From the NCBI GenBank assembly GCA_965215565.1, contig CBDCDZ010000004.1, positions 512,001 through 576,000 on the forward strand: 64,000 nucleotides of DNA. The letters run 5' to 3'. The notes below the pieces were generated by a model. It was not told the origin of the DNA. It searched no databases and saw only the letters and a program-made list of their open reading frames with translations. Within the stretch, counting starts at the first letter, position 1, and the number at the start of each line of letters is the position of its first letter. The translations under genes were made by a program, and so were the position numbers. Shown one piece after another: positions 53,001-64,000 of the stretch. This DNA is from Trueperaceae bacterium. GTDB taxonomy: Bacteria > Deinococcota > Deinococci > Deinococcales > Trueperaceae.

Positions 53001-54707
53001 CGAAGTGCGTACCGACTTTGTAGGCGGCGAACTCGTCGGCAACGCCTACGCGAGCCTCCTACCCACCGATCAACTGAGCGAGACGATTGTTCCCGACGGC
53101 ACGCGGCGCTACACCTTGAGCGCCGCGCCCATCAGACCCGGCAGCGAGAGCGTGACGGTGCGAACGGGCGCAGAGGCGCGCGTGTTGGAGCGCTTGGAAG
53201 ACTACACCTTAAATGATGTGACGGGCACCCTTACGCTCGCTCAACCTCTTTTCCCGACTGACGTAAGCGGCCTAGAAACCCGCCTCGAGGTCTCCTACGC
53301 ACCTGCTGAGAGCCCCCGTGACACCCTTTCGGCAGGGGGCGGCGTTCAATATTCGTTCGGTGATTGGGTGCTGGGTGCGGGCATCGCTAGCGTGGGCGGT
53401 GTCCAGTTAGGCGCGTACGCGGACTATGTAGGGGCGGGCTCGAGCTTTAGCCTCACCTACCGCTACGACGAGGCGTTGCGCTCGCAGATCGGTCTTTCGG
53501 GCACCCTGACGCAAGGCTCTTTCAACGCGAGCGCGAACATCAGCTACACGGACGCGCTACAGGGACAAGCCCGCGCCGCTTACAGCTTTAGCGAAGGGCA
53601 ACGCGCCGCCCTCGAGCACAGCGCCCGCAGCACCCGCAACCAGACAAACGCCTTGTACGAACTCGATTTGGGCGACTTCACCTTAGGTTTAGGGGCGGGC
53701 TACTTGTGGGAAGCGCAGACCTTTAGCGCCGTCGCCCGCGCTGGGTATAGGACAGGCAACGCCGACTTCCGCCTCACCCACACGCAACCCTTTGGCGATA
53801 CTGCGCCGATCAGCGACTTCCGCGTGAACTACCAGATCGGCGAGAGTTTGGCGGCGGACTTAGGACTCGTCTACACCTGGGGGGGCGAACTCGTCGGGAA
53901 CGTCGCTTTAGTCCAATCTTTAGGGCGCGGCAACCTCTCGGTTTCGTATCAACTCCCCGGCGCAGACGGACGCGGCAACCGCGCCCGCTTCGGGATTGAG
54001 ACGCCCCTACCCCTTAGCGACGCCTGGAGCTTGGATCTCTCCGCGAACATAGATCAAGGGTTTAGTGACGGCACCACCTTGGCGAGCGCGGGTGCGGGCG
54101 TGCGCTACAGCAAGGGACTTCGTGGCTACTGCCTCCTCCGAAGTGAGCTACGACAGCGCGCAGGACTCTCCCTTCAAACTCACCTTTAGGGGGGGCGCAA
54201 CCGGACAGTTGGACCATCAGCAGACCTTATCCTTCGACGCGACGTATAGGCTCATCCCCGAAGCCGAGGGGGAGTTCACGGCGGCGTACGCACTTAGAAG
54301 CAGCTACCTCACCCTCTTGACCTATCACCGCTTAGAGACGGGCGGCGACGAAGGCAGCGAGTTAGAGGGCGAACTCGCCCCGACGCTGCACCCAAACAAA
54401 GGGTGGCAACTGCGCCCCGGCTTCGCCTACCGCATCCCCTTGTGGAACGACCGGAAGAGCACCTTTTTAGCCTCGTTGGGCGGACATTACTACCTTACGG
54501 ACTACGCGGGCGTGGGCGGCTCGGTCTATCACGAGTGGCAGCCTGCGACGAACAGCAGCGCCACCGCCTTTGGCGTCGAGGGCTCGGTGCGCGTGATTGA
54601 CGAGCTGTGGTTGGCGCTCGGGTACACCTTTGAGGGCTTTGACGGGCTCAGTGAAGATACGAAGAGCGGGCTACTTACGCTTTGAACTCTTAGGCGGAGG
54701 TCAGTGA
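50047..54707 (+). CDS. Large DUF11-containing protein with C-terminal outer-membrane beta-barrel (frameshifted at ~54115 and ~54671)
   Basis: Signal AFA-N. Amphipathic G/aromatic beta-strands continue from ORF 50047-54189 into ORF 54065-54685 and end YLRFELLGGGQ-TGA (54705-54707) in a third frame. Confidence 0.75.
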
Positions 54708-54789
54708 TGCGACCCGTAAACGCCGCTAACACCCGCATCCGCAAGAACGGCGACACCTCTTGTCTCACATAAACGAAAGACCTATTCCC

Positions 54790-57700
54790 ATGACTCCAGA
54801 CCTCTTTTACACGCTTCACCCGGTATTTTAGGTGCGCTCATCCTCTTCGCCTCTCTGCGCCTACCGTCCACGCCGAGGGCAGTAAAGACCTCATCCGCAA
54901 CGGCGGCAACCGCGCCTTTTTAGAGCACCGCACAGGCACGAGCGGCTCCTATCAGACGGCAGGCATTCCGCGCGTCACGGTCATCAGAGTGTATGCTAAC
55001 GCGGGCGAAGTGGTGGCGCTAGGCTCCTCCGCCAACGGTGTCGGGAACGGTACGATCCGCGTGCGTGGGCCGAGCGGGTTCACACCTTTTGCGTGCCCAG
55101 CCCCGGGCACAAACAATACGGGTAAAATTCTTAACCGAGCGCAAGAGGTTGCGGGAGCCAACTATAACGGCGTTAATCCCGGCGGCTATACGCCCTGCAC
55201 CTTTCGTCGCGCTTGAGTACGGGTATCTATGAGGTGGACTTCATCCAACCCGCGACGGCGAACAGCACGAACCCCACAACGCTCGCTGTGAGCGCTAACT
55301 GGCCCGCGCAGGCCAGCGCGGACAACTGGGTCACCGCTTGGGACGTCACAGTCTTCGATGGCAACGTAGCGCAGAGCGGGCGCGTCTTCGCCCGCTACTA
55401 CGCGCTCAACCTCGGGAGCGCCAACGCGAGGGTCAACTTAGACGTCATCGTACAGACTATCGACGGCTACCGCTACGAACTCGAGCAAGACATCGAGCCC
55501 TTCGGCTTCATCTTCTTCGCCAACCGCAAGGGCTTTAGAGATGGGGAGGGCAACGCCATCTACCGCTCGATTCAGCTCAACGACGACGACACGCTTCAGC
55601 CGGGTCAGACCTTTAACGCGCCCGACCAACCCGACGACATCGACAACAACGAAGTGACGCACAAAATCTTTTTGAACGAGCCGGATGGCAGTATGCCAGC
55701 TACCGCCGCCACACCGAGCGGCACCGACACCTGGCTCTACCGCCCCGACGCCAAAGCGCCGCCCATTCCGCAGGACTTCGCCTTTACAGGCGTGGACGGA
55801 ACCCAGGACCAAGCGGGCACGGGCTTGGGGGGTACGTTCTCCTTCGTCAACCCCTTAGACGGCACCGACGACGCCCCTGCGCCCAACGCCTACAACATCA
55901 CGCTCGAGTTCTCGAGCGGCGCAACCAAGCGCGTGCTCGCAGGCACCGCCGACCCCGACGTCACCACCGAAGTCTTCTGGGATGGTCAAGACGGCGACGG
56001 CAACGACGTACCCGCAGGCAGCGGTGACTTCACCGCCACGGTCAGACTCTTCGCGGGTGAGGTTCACTTCCCCTTCCTAGACGTGGAGGACGCGCCCACC
56101 GGGATAAGCATCACGCGCCTCAACACACCTGCAGGCAGCGCCACCACTGGCATCGCCGACCCTGGACGCATCTACTACGATGACAGCATCTTTACGAATG
56201 GGCAGAAAGAGCTTGACGGTATCATCACACCCCCTGCCGCGCACACCTTTACGGGCGACTTCGGCAACCATAGAGGCATTGACACCTGGGTCTACTACCC
56301 GACCTCTGAGCCCGAACAAGCGAGCATCGTCATCCGCGAGGCGGACCTCTCGGTTGCGATGACGGACAACCCCGACCCTATCTTGGCAGGTGGTCCTACC
56401 TCCTACACCTTTACGGTGAGCAACCTTTCAGATGGCTCAGCGGGAACGGTGGACGCCGTGGACGCCGCCGTCACAGACGCCTTTCCAGCCGAGTTGACGA
56501 ACGTACAGTGGCGCTGTGAAATCACGGCGGAGGGCACGTTCGCGAATGAACCCCTAGCGGCGAGTAGCTGCGCGATCAATTCAGGTGCGGGCGACATCAG
56601 CACGACGGTGAACTTGAAGCGCGGCGCAACCGCGACCTTCACCGTCACGGCGACGGTAGCTCAAAACGCGAGCGGCATACTGACGAACACGGCTACCGTA
56701 GGACGAGGAACCGACGCCAGTGACCCTGATGCGAGCAACAACGAAGCGAGCGAAACGACGACGATAGACGCGAACCCAGGCGTCGCGGGAAGCGTCTTCG
56801 ACGACGCAAACGGCGACGGCATATTCGACGCGAGCGAGAGCGGTTTAGCGGGTGTAACGGTGGTGCTCTATGACTCAAATGCAAATAGCTGCCGCGCCGC
56901 TCAAACGAACGCAGCGGGCGACTACGTCTTTACGAACGTCGCGGACGGCTCCTATCAGCTTATCGAAGCGGCGTCCGAAACTGTACCGACCCCAGCGGCA
57001 TGTCCACCCGCCGAAGAGGACCCAGCCGGATACGGCTCGACGACAGCGAACACGTTAAATGTGAATGTGGCGGGCTCGAGCCTCTTCGCGCAGAACTTCG
57101 GCGATACGACTGGTTTTGACTACGGCGACGCCCCCGCGACCTATACCGAGGCTGAAATTGTCGCAAGTGACAACATCTACTTGGGCTCGACGCCACCCGA
57201 TATTGACGCGGGCAACTGGCACGACGGTGTCGATGACAGCCAAAACGCCACCGACGACGACACGAACGACACGCCCTCTGCGTTTACAGCGGGCAGCGGC
57301 GAGGAGGACAGCGTCATCTTCGGTCCTTTGGATTACACGATGGCGGGCGAAACCTTTAGCCAGGACGTGAGCGTCACGAATGACAGCGCCTCTCCCGCTT
57401 ACGTCCGCGGCTGGATAGACTTCGACCGTAACGGCACCTTCGATGCCGACGAGGTCTCAGACGAGGTGACGGTGGCGGCGAACGCAGGCACGACCACAGC
57501 TAACGTGACCTTCAACATTCCCGCGAATAGCGCTAATACCTACGACGGTATCAACCCCGGTCCGAGCTTCGCGCGGGTCATCGTGTCGGACACGCCCAAC
57601 ATTCCCCTCACGGGTCAGGGCGCAGGCGAGGTGGAAGATCTGCGGGTCAACATCGCCGACGTGGACTTCTGCACCTTCGCACCCGGCGAAACCTTTTCAG

Positions 57701-60700
57701 GGTTTGACTTTACCAACGTTACAGGTCTCACAAACGACGCGAGCGGCGCGAGAGACGCGGTTGCCCTGTTCGAAAACGCCGCCGTTGCACCCGACGGAAC
57801 GCCCTTAGACGTGCGGATGACGGTCAACATGCCCTCGGGCAGAATCAATTCGTTCGGTAACGGCACCCTCAACCAAAACGTCGAAGATACCGGAGCCTAT
57901 TTGAGCATCACAGGAGACAGTGACCAGGACTACGCGGCGGAGGTGCGCCTCGAGTTCCTCCTCGCCAACACCTCAGTCCCTTACGCCGTGTCCGGTCAGT
58001 TCTCCACGAATGACATCGACGGAAAGAGCAACCGCACCGAGGCGCTCCTCTTGAATATTGAGAGCTTCGACGGTTTCGCGCTCGGCGACCCGACCACGAT
58101 TCGAGCGCCCTACGTCGAGGGTGACTATACGGCGTTCACAGGCACGGGGGACCGCGACAGCGAGCCAGACAGCGCAGTTGTCTACACCTTTTCGAACCAG
58201 ACCCGCGTGGACCTGATCGTGCGAGGTACCGACATTGTAGGCGAAACAACCGCAGGTTTCGGCATCAATGGACGCCTCGCCAGCCAGCAACTCGGCTCAC
58301 CCGTCTGCAGTTCGATACCGCCGCCCGCCGATTACGGTGACGCACCCGCAAGTTACGGCGACGCGGGACACGCCGTGTCCCAAATGCCCGAGCTTTACCT
58401 AGGCGCGGTAGCCCCCGACGAGGAAAGCCAGCCTCAAAACGCAGCCAATGGCGGCGCAGACGGAACAGGCGACGACGCCAACGGGACGGACGACGAGGAC
58501 GCCTTTGACACGCTACCCCCTCTCGCTACGGACAGCAGCAGCTACACCCTAGAGGTGCCTTTGACAAATCCGAGCAGCGCCGCGACGCTTTACGGCTGGG
58601 TTGACTTCGACGGTGACGGGCGCTTCTCAGCGAGCGAGGCGGCAACCGCTAACGTGGCTGCCGGGGCGAGCACGGCGACGCTCAGTTGGAACAGCGCCAA
58701 CGGCAACGCACCCGCAAACCTCAGTGAGGGTACGACCTTTGCCCGCTTGCGCCTGACGACGGACAGCCTCACGGACGAGGCGAGCACCACCAGCCAGGAC
58801 GAACGCGCCAGCGTCGCCGCGACTGACGGTGAGGGCGAGGACTACCCCGTCGAGGTGCTCGGGCGCGTCTACACCTGCCCTACTGCTAGGGCTGACCTCT
58901 GGTTCGCCAATGACGAATCGGGCAGCGTGAGCGACGCCGAGTTCAACGACGCCCTCGACTTCCTCTACCAAATCTCTGACGAATTTATCTACGACGATGT
59001 AACGGGTGTAAAGGCCGGCGTGACCGCTTGGATTAACCTTGAGAATTCGCTCGAGGTTGTTATGCCCATCACGGAAACTTTCGGTGATCCTGGCGACTCA
59101 GGGTTGATCGGCTCAGGCGGAGTCACTACGGACGGTGACGGACGGGGGCTGCGTGAGCTTTACAGCGCTAGACAAAACCCCTCGGGTCGGGGTACGCGCT
59201 TGGATTACGCCACAAACTACCTCGCTGACCTCATCATCGCCGGCAATGGTCGCAGGGCGGACACCCCACAAGTCGCCGTTATCCTGACAGATGCTAATGA
59301 GGGTCAGTTGACCGTGGCAGATCAAGGGGGCGGCAGCGCCTGGATCGATGAAGCTAACCGCTTGAGAAATGCGGGTCCTGACGGCACGAACATCCTCGTG
59401 ATCGTTACTCAGGAAGCCGCAGCCGCCTATAGCGACCCGGACAGCGAAGCTAAGTCCGTCGTTGACGCCGTTGCAGGCGCGAACGGACTCGTTCTTGTTG
59501 TACCGACCTACGTTGAGGCTGCAGAAGCCACCAATGGGTACGTCCAGCAAACAGTAAACGCGATCTGTGAACTCACCACGCGCGAGCCCACCCCGGAGAT
59601 CGACCTCGAGCTGACCCAAGCTGCGCCAAGCGTAGCCACGCAAGGTGAAAGCGTCACCTTCACCCTGACGTTAGAAAATAAAGGGCCAGACAGCGCCACC
59701 GGGATAGAGGTCACGGACCTCTTACCGAGCGGTCTCACATTCCAGTCAGCCTCCTCTACGAACTACAACGCGAGCACGGGTGTATGGAACGTCGGCGCGT
59801 TGGCGAGCGGTGACAGCGTGGTGCTCGAGATTACAGCCACCGTCGATGAGGGCGTACCTGCGCAGATCATCAACAGCGCCGAAGTCACTGCCGCTGAGCA
59901 GACCGACACGGATTCAACGCCGGACAACCGCGCCGATGCGCCGGATGAGGACGACACAGTCTCCGCTACCCTAGATGTCTACAGTCTCTCCCCTAACGAG
60001 GGCAACATCGTTATCAATGAAGTGCTTTTCGACCAGAGCAGGAGCGGCAACGTGAGCGCCGCAAATAACGACGAGTTCATCGAACTCTATAACGCAGGGG
60101 ACATAACCGTTGACCTCTCCGGCTGGGAACTCATCGACGCTAACCTCATCGCTGGCGACTTCGACGGTCCGAATGGGAATATCAATGGCGCAGAGCCCTA
60201 TACCTTCCCCGCTACCCAGCTTGCGCCGGGCGAATACGCGATTATTTGGATCGGTCAGAGCGCCGCGAGCCGTGACGCGCCGACCGCTGCCTTTCAGACC
60301 TGGTTAGGTAGAAACATAAGGCTTAAAAACAGCGGTGACGACGTGTGGCTCTACGACAACGAAGGGCGCATTGTAGACTACATCGCGTACGGCAACGATA
60401 CGGCGGTGAACACGCCACCCCCCGCCTCGCTAGGACTGTGGGACCCTCAGTACAACGCCAACCTCGACAGCAGCGGCAATAGCAACGGTACGAACGGCAC
60501 CGTTAAGGGTCAGTCCATCAGCCTGACGCCCAATGGCGCAGATAGCAACACGAGCGCCTGCTGGGAGCCTACCGCGAGCGGTGAGGCGGACGGACGCTGC
60601 GCGAGTTATCTACCTACTATCGACAGCGACGCAAGGGAGGATAGCGGCACACAGCTCGTCACCAGCGTTGCTCAAAACAACAACGCCTTCATCTCGGGTA

Positions 60701-61788
60701 CGCTCTTCTACGACGACGGCTTAGAAAATGGAGACGCGAACAATGCTTTTCGGGAGGGCAGTGAACGGGGTGCATTCGGCATCGTCGTTACAGTCACCGA
60801 CGGCGCGGACACCGTGAGCACAACAACGGACGGCGCGGGCAACTACAGTCTTATCGTTCCTGGTTCGTTCAGCAACAAACAACTCACGCTCTCTCATTCA
60901 AGGCAGCCCACGACGGGATACAACGACGGAACAGATGAGGTACTAGCAGCAGTTTACGCAGATGCAGACGCCGCTAGCGTCACCTTCTCCTTCACGGGCA
61001 GCAGCGTCACCTACAACTTCGGCGTCGCGCGTCCCAGCACTCTGCGCCCCGATCAAAACGGACAGGTAGGTCCCGGCAGCGCGATCAGCTACACCCACCT
61101 CTTCACGCCGGGCACGTTGGGTGAGGTCAGCTTGAGCGTTTCAGGAACGTACAGCTATCAGGTCTTCAGAGATGTGGATTGCGACGGCATCGTCCAGCCG
61201 GACGAGCAGGCGGATGTGATCGCCGCAGGGTTTGACGTTGACAATACCTGGCCCCGAACAGAGGCCGGCGCTCTAGCTCCTTGCGCCCTGGAACTGCGTG
61301 TATTCGTCCCCGAAGGTGAAGCGAGCGGACGCATCGACTTGGCGACGCTGAGCGCCAACCTCGCCTACGCCGATAATTCGGCTGTGGTAGACAGCGTCAG
61401 CGTGACGGATGTGACGACAGTAACGACGGGTGGACAGCTCGAGCTAACCAAGCGCGTCGCCAACGTCACGCAAGGCGCGGACTTTGGCACCGTCGGCGAG
61501 GGTGAGCCGGGGGATGTGCTCGAGTACTGCATCAGCTACCGCAACTTAGGCACTGAAACCTTGACGCAAACCCTCTTTAGCGACCCCGTCCCCTTCTTCA
61601 CAACATTTGTAACTGGAGCTTACAACAGTCAAGACATCTTGTGGACCCACAACGGCGCGGAAAAGCCCCTGAGCGCCACCACAAACGACGACGAAGGTGA
61701 ACTGAGTAGCGGCGTCGTGCAGGTTGATATTGGCGAGGTGGCAGCGGGTGAGGCAGGCGAGGTCTGCTACAGAGTACGCATTAGATAG
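54790..61788 (+). CDS. Giant multidomain adhesin (DUF11, SdrD-B, GEVED x2, vWA, lamin-tail); 5' end frameshifted
   Basis: ORF 55213-61788 has GEVED/GEGEDY, DESGS MIDAS and IVINEV...EFIELYN...DLSGW motifs. The N-terminal part VHA-EGSKDLIRNGGNRAFLE...VYANAGE lies in another frame (54794-55216) and the signal peptide in a third. Confidence 0.8.
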
Positions 61789-61794
61789 CTTTAG

Positions 61795-61830
61795 CGCGCC
61801 CGCACTTCGGATGCTCGAAGTGCGGGCGCG
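61795..61830. terminator. 15-bp perfect hairpin closing the DUF11 operon
   Basis: CGCGCCCGCACTTCG-6nt-CGAAGTGCGGGCGCG between convergent genes. Confidence 0.7.
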
Positions 61831-61902
61831 TGATACGAGTTTCAGTTGATTTACTGTGATAGCGGACTAAACGGAATCCGTATCACCCCTTGCAACGTCT
61901 AG

Positions 61903-62130
61903 TTACGCAGCGATGACCCTCACGTGTAAGATTTCGTCTCGAGCAAGCGGACGCACATCCTTTAGTTCTAGCGTCTCCACGCCTATGGTCGCCCCTGCAC
62001 CCGACACGAACTCCACTTCCACAGCAACCTGATCGCTATAAACGTGAACAACTGCTCCAACATCGCCTCGCTCCAGACCGAGCGTAGGCAGATCGCGCAC
62101 TAGCACTACGGTATCGTGTTCTTGAATCAT
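61903..62130 (-). CDS. DUF4926 domain protein
   Basis: MIQEHDTVVLVRDLPTLGLERGDVGAVVHVY...EVEF. Confidence 0.85.
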   Translation of the reverse strand: MIQEHDTVVLVRDLPTLGLERGDVGAVVHVYSDQVAVEVEFVSGAGATIGVETLELKDVRPLARDEILHVRVIAA

Positions 62131-62168
62131 GCTTATCCTCTACAGGATATGCGGGAAAATCTCTGCCT

Positions 62169-63050
62169 TCAGATCAATTCATATCCCAAAGCCTTCAGTT
62201 CTTTAGTTATGCTATACGCGACCTCTTCGATGCTGTTACTGAACTTCTTATAAATCATCCCACTAATATCACTAGGAAGCTCAACTTCTCCGGTATACAA
62301 GCAGCAGGTACGGGAACGACCTAGTTTACCGACAAAATAGCCAAATTCAAAAATTACATTCGGCCTAGCACGTAAGCTTTTGGCACGCTCACCATCTGCC
62401 TTCTCCTCTTCTTTAGCAAGATAAGCAACCTCATCTGGGGTCAAAAGTATGAAGGCGTAGCCGACATCACTATGTTTTTCAAACTTCTCTATAATTGTTA
62501 AACCTTCATCTGCTTGACGATGCAATACGATAGGTTCTAAGCCAATCTCAGATAGAAATATTTCAAGATTTGTTTTAGCAACTTCATCGTGACCGTGTAC
62601 TAAAAATACGCGCTTCGATAGACTTACTGATTCATCTTCTGAAAGGTTTTCGCGTGGCTGAGCTACCACTGATGGAATTAACTCTAGTCTACCTAAGATG
62701 GATTTGAGGCTACGAATTTGCCTATCAATGTCTCTATGTAAATCCTTAATCTGCCATCCAAGCGAAGATGAGCGCCCAGGTACAGCGACTCTAACATACC
62801 CAGGACTGTACTCTTTTGAAACTTCATCGGTTGTGAATATGCGTTTAAGCATTTCTTCGTTGTAGTCATCCCACAAACGGTATTCTTCTTTAGCGCTCTC
62901 ATAGGAATCTTGAGTATTGACCAAAGCGCTTTTTAGCTCAGAACCTTTGACGATGCGGTCTTCAATTCTCGACGCTGCCTCTTCCCTTGAAATTTTAAGG
63001 CTAGCAGATTCGTTCATTTGCCTAGTTTCTTGTTTACGAGTATTGGGCAT
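62169..63050 (-). CDS. TIR-like (CAP12/PF10137-type) nucleotide-binding protein with N-terminal helical domain
   Basis: RVFLVHGHD, GLEPIVL, TIIEKFE, AFILLTPD, RARPNVIFEFGYF and ELPSDISG motifs. AT-rich. Start may be ATG 63017. Confidence 0.88.
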   Translation of the reverse strand: MPNTRKQETRQMNESASLKISREEAASRIEDRIVKGSELKSALVNTQDSYESAKEEYRLWDDYNEEMLKRIFTTDEVSKEYSPGYVRVAVPGRSSSLGWQIKDLHRDIDRQIRSLKSILGRLELIPSVVAQPRENLSEDESVSLSKRVFLVHGHDEVAKTNLEIFLSEIGLEPIVLHRQADEGLTIIEKFEKHSDVGYAFILLTPDEVAYLAKEEEKADGERAKSLRARPNVIFEFGYFVGKLGRSRTCCLYTGEVELPSDISGMIYKKFSNSIEEVAYSITKELKALGYELI

Positions 63051-63194
63051 TTGCGCTCTCCATTCGTCCTAACATTCGACCATCATCCGTAGAATGCGAA
63101 GAACTTCTGATAGCCACATATACAGCTATAGCTCAAGGCGAAGGCTACTCATCCCCTCGAGCAGCCCTCTCCTATCTCAACTCAAGACCAAACC

Positions 63195-64000
<806 letters not shown>

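Noticed and set aside
54707..54772. 21-codon ORF overlapping the repaired barrel stop (TGATG)
   Set aside because: It lies in the frameshift-rich patch, and cannot be distinguished from a broken 5' end of the adhesin gene or chance.

Overview
This GC-rich bacterial chromosome segment most likely comes from Deinococcota (Trueperaceae-like). That is inferred from gene content, TAnnnT-N6/7-start leaderless genes and frequent CTCGAG. The core genes are gluQ (5' part), leuC/leuD/leuB, speA, pstSCAB, psuG, groES-groEL, mrp/apbC, guaA and gyrB (3' part). They are interleaved with accessory genes: a LEA-like/holin-like/DUF3618 trio, methyltransferases, a lipoprotein plus S8 protease pair, a GH42 beta-galactosidase, a LOV-GGDEF-EAL protein, an arsR-DUF6428-LLM monooxygenase-ArsK-like operon, intact and broken toxin-antitoxin modules, and a stand-alone CAP12-like TIR gene. 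The most striking region is an 18 kb five-gene DUF11 operon (43762-61788). Its subunits carry split DUF11 domains (N-terminal donor strands, C-terminal incomplete acceptor domains), which suggests a head-to-tail, possibly isopeptide-crosslinked pilus with an outer-membrane barrel. The last two genes carry a cluster of frameshifts. Other highlights are a leaderless CTA-codon leader-peptide attenuator upstream of leuC, tandem HAIR and CIRCE operators at groESL, and a dispersed intergenic repeat family ending in GCAGGTATCA...TGATACCTGC. No rRNA, tRNA, CRISPR array, integrase or transposase was recognised. All calls are by eye from motifs; no database searches were run.
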